IMG/VR virus record: IMGVR_UViG_3300017761_005402
Coordinates: 1 to 39,498 of that record
Source: a virus
Taxonomy: Duplodnaviria; Caudoviricetes
Length of the DNA: 39,498 bases
Direction: 5' to 3' (one strand)
Shown here: positions 33,557 through 39,498 of the stretch, piece by piece
How positions within the stretch are numbered: the first letter of the stretch is position 1
Layout of the letters: every line of letters starts with the position of its first letter
Notes under the pieces: generated by a model
The model's database searches: none
What the model saw: only the letters and a program-made list of their open reading frames with translations
What the model was told of the DNA's origin: nothing
Position numbers and translations under genes: made by a program

Positions 33557-34312
33557 TTAACTAGAAAGCAAGCTCTTTTCTTGTGTATAATATCCCCAGA
33601 ATTCATTAATATTCAAGCATCTAAAAGTGGTATTTTCAAATTTATTATTAATACTCTCATGAAAATGACCATATACCCAAACTGGAGGTTTAGTATTCTC
33701 ATAAACAACATTAACAATCTTAGATTCTTGTATAAGATCATCCTTGAGTGTGAAATCTTCTCTGATGTATTCTCTAATGTTGTCGAATCCCTTGTAGTGT
33801 CCACAACACTCTGGCCTAGTATGAGTTACAACCAAGTCATATTTCTGATACTGAAAGTCTGGTTTGAGTTTAAAAACTTCATCTTTCCAATATGAAACAC
33901 TATGAGTCTTTTTCTCATTAATTTGCCTATCCTCTCTGTCTATGCTCACAGCACCACCAATGAGAAGTATTTTCTTTCCTAATAATTCTAGTTCTGAATA
34001 ATCTTCTAAGAGAGTGATGTTTTTATATCCAAATGGATTTTTAGTTTTAGCAAACCACTCTGGATCATCATGATTTCCTCTAATAGCAAACAAGTGATTG
34101 TTATTTTTCTCTAAATTATAATTTAGAGTCTCAAATAGAGTCTTGTAGTAATTTTCCCTATAGAAACCTACTCCAAAATCACCAACCTGAATAATGTAGG
34201 TATTTTCAAGTTTATAAACTTGTGATATCAGGTGTGATAGAGTCTTAAATTCTCCATGGATATCTCCAACAAGAACTATACTTTTCTTTGGTACTTTAAA
34301 TTTTCTATTCAC
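33557..34312 (-). CDS. calcineurin-like metallophosphoesterase
   Basis: GDIHG, VGDFG, RGNHD, VTHT, YGHFH. Confidence 0.9.
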   Translation of the reverse strand: MNRKFKVPKKSIVLVGDIHGEFKTLSHLISQVYKLENTYIIQVGDFGVGFYRENYYKTLFETLNYNLEKNNNHLFAIRGNHDDPEWFAKTKNPFGYKNITLLEDYSELELLGKKILLIGGAVSIDREDRQINEKKTHSVSYWKDEVFKLKPDFQYQKYDLVVTHTRPECCGHYKGFDNIREYIREDFTLKDDLIQESKIVNVVYENTKPPVWVYGHFHESINNKFENTTFRCLNINEFWGYYTQEKSLLSS

Positions 34313-34826
34313 TTTTTTTATGGATAATTTCTAGAATGGATGGAGATAATTCTCCGGTTTTTACCAAATGTAATGCTGCCAAGTACTGGTAATACATTGA
34401 ACTCATAGTTTTTTCAAGACTTTTTTCAGAACCACCTACAGTCATGGATGCAAACCAGTCAACAAAGTTTTTTATCATTAGTAGATTTCTTTTAGTGATA
34501 TCCACCAAACTAGAGAAATCTGGTTTCCCAGTTTCCCAGTTTACAAACTTTTCCATATTATTAAAGTTGTAAAAACCTTTTTTATCACCATTACCATCAT
34601 CATCACCATCCTTGTTAATTGCTGGCAGTTCTGCCATAACTGTAGCAAATATACCCCTTTGGGCTAAATCGTCCATAATCACAGTAAGAATGTGGTTATA
34701 GTTGTCAGCATGTTTCTGATCAATTTTGGCCAATCTCTGCATTACAAATGCTCTCATTTCCAATTGAGCAGCTTCTCTGTGCTCTTGATTGTTAAGCATT
34801 TTTGGATTTATTTCTGGATAGTTCAT
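34305..34826 (-). CDS. hypothetical protein
   Basis: 173 aa, coupled. Confidence 0.7.
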   Translation of the reverse strand: MNYPEINPKMLNNQEHREAAQLEMRAFVMQRLAKIDQKHADNYNHILTVIMDDLAQRGIFATVMAELPAINKDGDDDGNGDKKGFYNFNNMEKFVNWETGKPDFSSLVDITKRNLLMIKNFVDWFASMTVGGSEKSLEKTMSSMYYQYLAALHLVKTGELSPSILEIIHKKSE

Positions 34827-34829
34827 AGT

Positions 34830-35366
34830 TTAATTGTTTAAGAAAAACAGGGTGAGTTGATATTTTTGGAGAAGATTTCCATATGGTAAATCTGACATAT
34901 TATGTTTTAAGTCTTCTTTTTTAACAAAGCTTGCTCTACGGTTATTCTTTACCCTAAAAACATATTCATCATAGGGTTCCCCGTATTCTTTTGGAAGTTT
35001 TGTTAATGTTACAACTGCAACAACAATGTTGTTTACATGTGCGAAAAATGGATAGTCATCTGGTAGAGATTTTAATAATTCTTTGAGAATATAATCCCTG
35101 CTGTATTTTTCTCCATGATCTTCTATTACATCATGTAGTGCTGCAATAGATATTAAGGCATCAATTTCAACGCTAGAATATATTTCAACTGCTGAAAGGT
35201 ATGTTCCTAGAATAACAGCATCCACATGACTCATGTAAGGCTCATCATTTTTCCTCTTCTGGTATTGATGAGCCTCTTTAGCAATATTGTATGCTGTAAG
35301 GAACAGATATTTTGAAGTATCTGAAAACTTTTCTAGGAGAAGTTCTATTGTAATTTCTGGTTTCAT
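34830..35366 (-). CDS. HD-domain (p)ppGpp hydrolase-like protein (Mesh1 / small alarmone hydrolase type)
   Basis: AKEAHQYQKRK..EPYMSH, AALHDVIED, V..LTK, VKKEDLKHNMSD. Confidence 0.82.
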   Translation of the reverse strand: MKPEITIELLLEKFSDTSKYLFLTAYNIAKEAHQYQKRKNDEPYMSHVDAVILGTYLSAVEIYSSVEIDALISIAALHDVIEDHGEKYSRDYILKELLKSLPDDYPFFAHVNNIVVAVVTLTKLPKEYGEPYDEYVFRVKNNRRASFVKKEDLKHNMSDLPYGNLLQKYQLTLFFLNN

Positions 35367-35569
35367 TTGAGAGTAAAGATGTATGTACAGATACACTGAC
35401 TTTGAACAGATAGCAAGTCTGAAATCTCGCTATTCTCCTTTAGTGTGAAGATACCACCATCTGGTGTTCTGTATCTTCCATATTCCCCTCTATCAAAAAA
35501 CCCTTTTAGGCTCTGGAACACATTCCAAGGAGAAATGTGTTCCAGAGATGAGTTTAAGTCAGAAATCAT
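35363..35569 (-). CDS. hypothetical protein
   Basis: ATG 35569 overlapping the AAA gene end. Confidence 0.5.
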   Translation of the reverse strand: MISDLNSSLEHISPWNVFQSLKGFFDRGEYGRYRTPDGGIFTLKENSEISDLLSVQSQCICTYIFTLK

Positions 35570-36746
35570 TCCCACCAAAGCCTCCTTTAAAGGATAGGTT
35601 ATTAACAATTGCCTTTACAGTTACTCCAGTGTCAGTAATCATAGAAAAACCTTTTCTGGATACTGTATGGTCTACAACATTTCTACTTTCGAAAAAAAGT
35701 GTTCTAGACATTTCTCTAGTTTCTCCAGGTTGTGCAGGAGAATATCCAACAGTTTCAAATCTAAAGTATGAATCCTTTTGACCATTACCAACTCTGAAAG
35801 GTCTAGAATACTGTGCCTTAAATTCTCTCATACTTGTATTACACAATGCATTAAACCTCTCCTCATCATAGTAGTAATTGTGAGTAACAGAGTCAATGAT
35901 ATCAGAAGCCTCCTCATTCTCAACAGAACTCAATCCAGATTTTGCTTTGTGAAAAGGAATTGTGAAAGTGATATCATACATACTAGGAAGTTCCACTTTA
36001 AAGTTGAAGAATGCTTCAAAATCCCTAGGAACTTCATCATACATGTTGCACTCATCCAACATACAAACAAGAGAATCAACACTCAAACAAGGTAGGATAC
36101 TTAGTTGTTGACTAATAATCTCTGCCTTTTCCTTGTTTGCAATTTTATCATACACAATTTCTCTGATAAGTTCCTCTGAAAGGAAATCATATTCCTTGTG
36201 ATAGCGAACTCTCCCAGGTCTTGATGAGAAATAGGTTCCAATATTACTCATATTGCTTGTTAGGATAAACAAGTGCCTACTCTTGCCAACACCATCCATA
36301 ATGCTTAGGAAAAAGTTTCTATGAGCTTCATCATAGTACAATTTTTCAAACTCATCAATAAGAATAACACATGGTGTTTTAATCCTATCCAAGAAATCTT
36401 GGAAAGCTTGATCAGCATAGCCAGTTGTAATGAGAATCACTGGAATTCCACTCTCTGTTGCTGTAACCTTTGCCTCCACAGTCTTTCCTGTTCCTTTTGG
36501 ACCACTCAGAAGCACTCCCATACCCTTACCCATCTTCTTGTAAGTGTCTAGGATTCTAGTGCTAAACTTGGAAAGACCATAAATTTTCTTAGGAATGTCT
36601 AGTGGTTCTCTCCTATGCAATTTATAACCTGTGAATTGATTAAACTGAACAGCATAGATTCCAACAGGAAGAGATGTGTCAATATTTTCAATTTCGGAAA
36701 CATCAACAGTGTTTCCATTACTAATATAGTGTGTGTTATTGCTCAT
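35559..36746 (-). CDS. AAA+ ATPase
   Basis: GPKGTGKT, ILIDEFEK, ILTSN, SRPGRVRY. Confidence 0.88.
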   Translation of the reverse strand: MSNNTHYISNGNTVDVSEIENIDTSLPVGIYAVQFNQFTGYKLHRREPLDIPKKIYGLSKFSTRILDTYKKMGKGMGVLLSGPKGTGKTVEAKVTATESGIPVILITTGYADQAFQDFLDRIKTPCVILIDEFEKLYYDEAHRNFFLSIMDGVGKSRHLFILTSNMSNIGTYFSSRPGRVRYHKEYDFLSEELIREIVYDKIANKEKAEIISQQLSILPCLSVDSLVCMLDECNMYDEVPRDFEAFFNFKVELPSMYDITFTIPFHKAKSGLSSVENEEASDIIDSVTHNYYYDEERFNALCNTSMREFKAQYSRPFRVGNGQKDSYFRFETVGYSPAQPGETREMSRTLFFESRNVVDHTVSRKGFSMITDTGVTVKAIVNNLSFKGGFGGNDF

Positions 36747-36772
36747 TTTTTGTATTAGATTGTAGTTTATTA

Positions 36773-37702
36773 TTAGGGAATAGTTGGTAGACCATTACGA
36801 ACATCCCAAGTGATTTGCAGTGACTTGCTTTTAGAATAACCTGCAACACGACGATATCCCTCAAAAATATTAGCAATAATAGCAGTCTTACTCATTTTGG
36901 TTTGAAGAGCATTCCTATTGCGTTGCAATTTACTAAAGACATATGCTTGAATAGTATCAGGTTGGATATCGTATCCCATAAGAACACTATCTAAATAATT
37001 TTTTGCAACATCAGATTTATCTTTACTAAGCCTCCAATAGCAGAATGCTGCTACAACTGGAGAAACTACATTATTTTTTCGATACCTTTCAAGAAATGTT
37101 ATAATGTTTGGATTTTTCTCAATAAATGCCATAGTTTGACTTTTGGTAATCTGATTGATTCCTGGGGTACGAAACCTCTTGTCAGATTTAACATCAAAAA
37201 CACCAGAAGATTCATATGCCATGATTGCTCTTGCTAGAGATGTGGTCATAATAGGATCAGTGATACCTCGTAATGATGCAACATCCCCGTAAGTACGAGT
37301 CTTACCATTATCAATAGCTTCTATGGCACCTTTTGCCACCCCATAAGTCATAACAAACTTAATAGGAATGTCTGCTTCAATACATGCTAATAGTCTATGC
37401 TGCCCACTCAAAAGATCACCGTTAGAACTAAAAAGAATAGGTTCACCAGTCATTTTCCAATCACCGTTACGCATATCTGTTGCATATTTTGTAACAACCA
37501 CTTTGGAAGGTTTTCGGTTTGGAGTATCCCTAGTATTATTATAGTATTTCAGAATATGTCTAGCTTTTTCTGGATTAATCTCAATAATCTCAGTATGAAT
37601 ACTTTTCACCTTTTTAGGTATGAATTTTTCAGTTTTCCCTACGATAATTTCATCATAGAATGATTTGCGACCTGTTTGTGTATTTTCGTCTATAGTTTCC
37701 AT
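36773..37702 (-). CDS. ParB/Srx-like N-terminal domain protein
   Basis: INPEKA..IL..N..NR, YATDM..GDW...GEPI.F...G.LLSGQHRLLA, IDNGKTRT. Confidence 0.72.
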   Translation of the reverse strand: METIDENTQTGRKSFYDEIIVGKTEKFIPKKVKSIHTEIIEINPEKARHILKYYNNTRDTPNRKPSKVVVTKYATDMRNGDWKMTGEPILFSSNGDLLSGQHRLLACIEADIPIKFVMTYGVAKGAIEAIDNGKTRTYGDVASLRGITDPIMTTSLARAIMAYESSGVFDVKSDKRFRTPGINQITKSQTMAFIEKNPNIITFLERYRKNNVVSPVVAAFCYWRLSKDKSDVAKNYLDSVLMGYDIQPDTIQAYVFSKLQRNRNALQTKMSKTAIIANIFEGYRRVAGYSKSKSLQITWDVRNGLPTIP

Positions 37703-37712
37703 ATATTATTTT

Positions 37713-39059
37713 TTATTCTTCTTCTGTTACTGTTTCTGCCGTTTCTAGGTCCACCACCCCAGAATCCAATTCTGCACTCTCATGCATAAGGAAATTGAAA
37801 CTTTTCAATTTAAATGCATCCCATTCAAATGGGGAATCTTTTCTCAAAATAACACCCTCTGCCCAGACATCGTTTTTGCAGATTTGACATTTCTTTTCAA
37901 GATACTTGTCCACCATTTTTTCCAAGAATTCTCTATGCCAGTGTTCATCAACAGAGATTTCTGGGAATAGATTCTTTGCTTTTCCATAGTAGTGTTCTTT
38001 AGGAGTTTTAAATCCGAATTTAGAACAAAAGTCCACAGTTTGCTGATGGTTAAACACATACACATTTCCATTTGGACTTGTGTAAGTCACTTTAAACACC
38101 CAGAAATCCAATTCACCCTGATTACAACCATAGTCATATTTCTTCTGAATAGCACTGCCATTAGGAGTGTATCCAACAATCTCACCAACAACACTGATTC
38201 CAGTGTCCAAATGTGGAAAGATTTTGTCAGCAACAATTTTCCAAATATCAGAGTCATAGAAATGGTTGTTTTCTTTACCATCATCCATAACATGATTTTT
38301 GATTACTGCTCTGCTAGAATACAACATTCCATATTCTGTTTCTTGCACTTTTGCACCTAGGAATTTGGCCAAACGGTCTTTCCAAGACAGCTTTCTTTTC
38401 ACAAGAACATTAGAAACAATGAAATTACATCCATGCAGTTTTTCAGTGATTGAGATTAGGTCATCTGGGGAAATTTTAAAAACTTCCCTTTTTAGGTGGG
38501 ATGTGTCTTCATGAAAGCGGAATTGATTTTCCACCAATTTACTTGCATAACGCTTAACATTTCCCTTTGTCTTTTTACCACTTGCTTGCTGAGAATTGGT
38601 TCCTTTTGGAATATATTTCTTACATAGTTGGGTATCGAAAAACAAATCAAAACTTTGTTCAGAGAAACTACTATCAATAGTGATAGTTTTAGACAAGACT
38701 TCTTTTGCAAATCTTTCAAGTTCAGAAACAGGTACAATATAACCTTCACTCTTTTCCCCTCTGAGTCTAAGTGCTCTAACTCTGCCATGATACTCAAAGA
38801 ATCCCTTTGAGGTTTTATCAGAGTTTCTCTCTGGTTCTCTAAAAGAATTAGAGAAGCTTAGGAATTCAGGACTAATAGCACTTTCTAGAGGAAAGTAGCA
38901 ATACAAGTCTCCATCCTTTGCTGTTAGTCCAGTGATTACATTGTTACCTTGAATGGTTACACACTGCAATCTATCAGAATTGGGCAGTTTTCTCAAACCA
39001 CTCAATTTAACAATTGATGCAAGATAATTAGGATTATGTTTTTCGGATTTTGTGAACAT
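37713..39059 (-). CDS. RNA ligase (Rnl2/DRB0094-like, with N-terminal OB module)
   Basis: PNSDRLQ, RLRGEKSEG; motif I TEKLHG, GEIVG, FWVFKV, EGVILR, FKLKS. Confidence 0.88.
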   Translation of the reverse strand: MFTKSEKHNPNYLASIVKLSGLRKLPNSDRLQCVTIQGNNVITGLTAKDGDLYCYFPLESAISPEFLSFSNSFREPERNSDKTSKGFFEYHGRVRALRLRGEKSEGYIVPVSELERFAKEVLSKTITIDSSFSEQSFDLFFDTQLCKKYIPKGTNSQQASGKKTKGNVKRYASKLVENQFRFHEDTSHLKREVFKISPDDLISITEKLHGCNFIVSNVLVKRKLSWKDRLAKFLGAKVQETEYGMLYSSRAVIKNHVMDDGKENNHFYDSDIWKIVADKIFPHLDTGISVVGEIVGYTPNGSAIQKKYDYGCNQGELDFWVFKVTYTSPNGNVYVFNHQQTVDFCSKFGFKTPKEHYYGKAKNLFPEISVDEHWHREFLEKMVDKYLEKKCQICKNDVWAEGVILRKDSPFEWDAFKLKSFNFLMHESAELDSGVVDLETAETVTEEE

Positions 39060-39082
39060 ATTTTTTATTTTATAAGGTATAC

Positions 39083-39111
39083 ACTATACTATCAATTTTG
39101 ACTCTTGTCTA
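39083..39111 (-). promoter_or_regulatory. sigma70-like promoter for RNA ligase
   Basis: TAGACA-17 bp-TATAGT. Confidence 0.55.
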
Positions 39112-39124
39112 ATGTTTTGTTCTT

Positions 39125-39454
39125 TTAGGAGTCTTTAGTTTGAAACAAGGTTTCTGTGACATCATGTACTTGGAAGTTTGTAACAACAGGAGTTTTCTTA
39201 TCCCACCCACTAAAATATACATTTCCATCAAAACTTTTCCTCTTTTTAATAACATCTTGTTCACTCTCTCCCAAGACGTACACACTATGCTCTCTAACAA
39301 CATCAACCTTGAAGAGTTTCATGAATTTCATTTCTCTAGGGTCTGGAATTCTAATTGTAATATCAGTACTGTTGTACATGAAACCCCAATTTACAATTTG
39401 CCAAAGTGCCAATCCATCCACAAACATTCCCTTTTTTCTTGCAGCAGCACCCAT
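39125..39454 (-). CDS. hypothetical protein (start uncertain; frame open to the window edge)
   Basis: C-terminal part MKLFKVDVVREHS... looks coding; upstream frame ambiguous. Confidence 0.45.
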   Translation of the reverse strand: MGAAARKKGMFVDGLALWQIVNWGFMYNSTDITIRIPDPREMKFMKLFKVDVVREHSVYVLGESEQDVIKKRKSFDGNVYFSGWDKKTPVVTNFQVHDVTETLFQTKDS

Positions 39455-39498
39455 TCTCTTACAGAGTCTATAAAATCTGTCTGATTTTTTCTTACCAG

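Noticed and set aside
39391-39498. Alternative partial minus-strand ORF (LVRKNQTDFIDSVREW...)
   Set aside because: Two frames are open at the window edge and cannot be told apart without upstream sequence

Overview
AT-rich, densely coding fragment of a large T4-like (myovirus/jumbo-type) phage read in the standard genetic code. Hallmark genes: gp19-like tail tube, clamp loader, T4 RNase H-like 5'-3' nuclease, rIIA/rIIB, nrdAB and dUTPase. It uses sigma70-like promoters and a T4-late-like (T)ATAAATA motif. A DUF1549/DUF1553 + DUF1501 pair points to a Planctomycetes/Verrucomicrobia (PVC) host. The window is rich in translation and tRNA-maintenance genes: IF-1, TilS, CCA-adding enzyme, RNA ligase, 2H phosphoesterase, metallophosphoesterase, Mesh1-like HD hydrolase and three atypical tRNA(-like) genes. 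The most striking feature is at 28549-31181. A DUF2828-type (TROVE/Ro60-like + vWA) gene is followed by eight head-to-tail small RNA units on the minus strand. Each unit is closed by a co-varying 7-8 bp stem, has CWGCA at position 11 and ends in GA. The variable insides are circularly permuted tRNA bodies or anticodon stem-loop mimics, suggesting a Y-RNA-like array with a non-canonical Ro-like partner. All family assignments come from motif recognition by eye; no searches were run.
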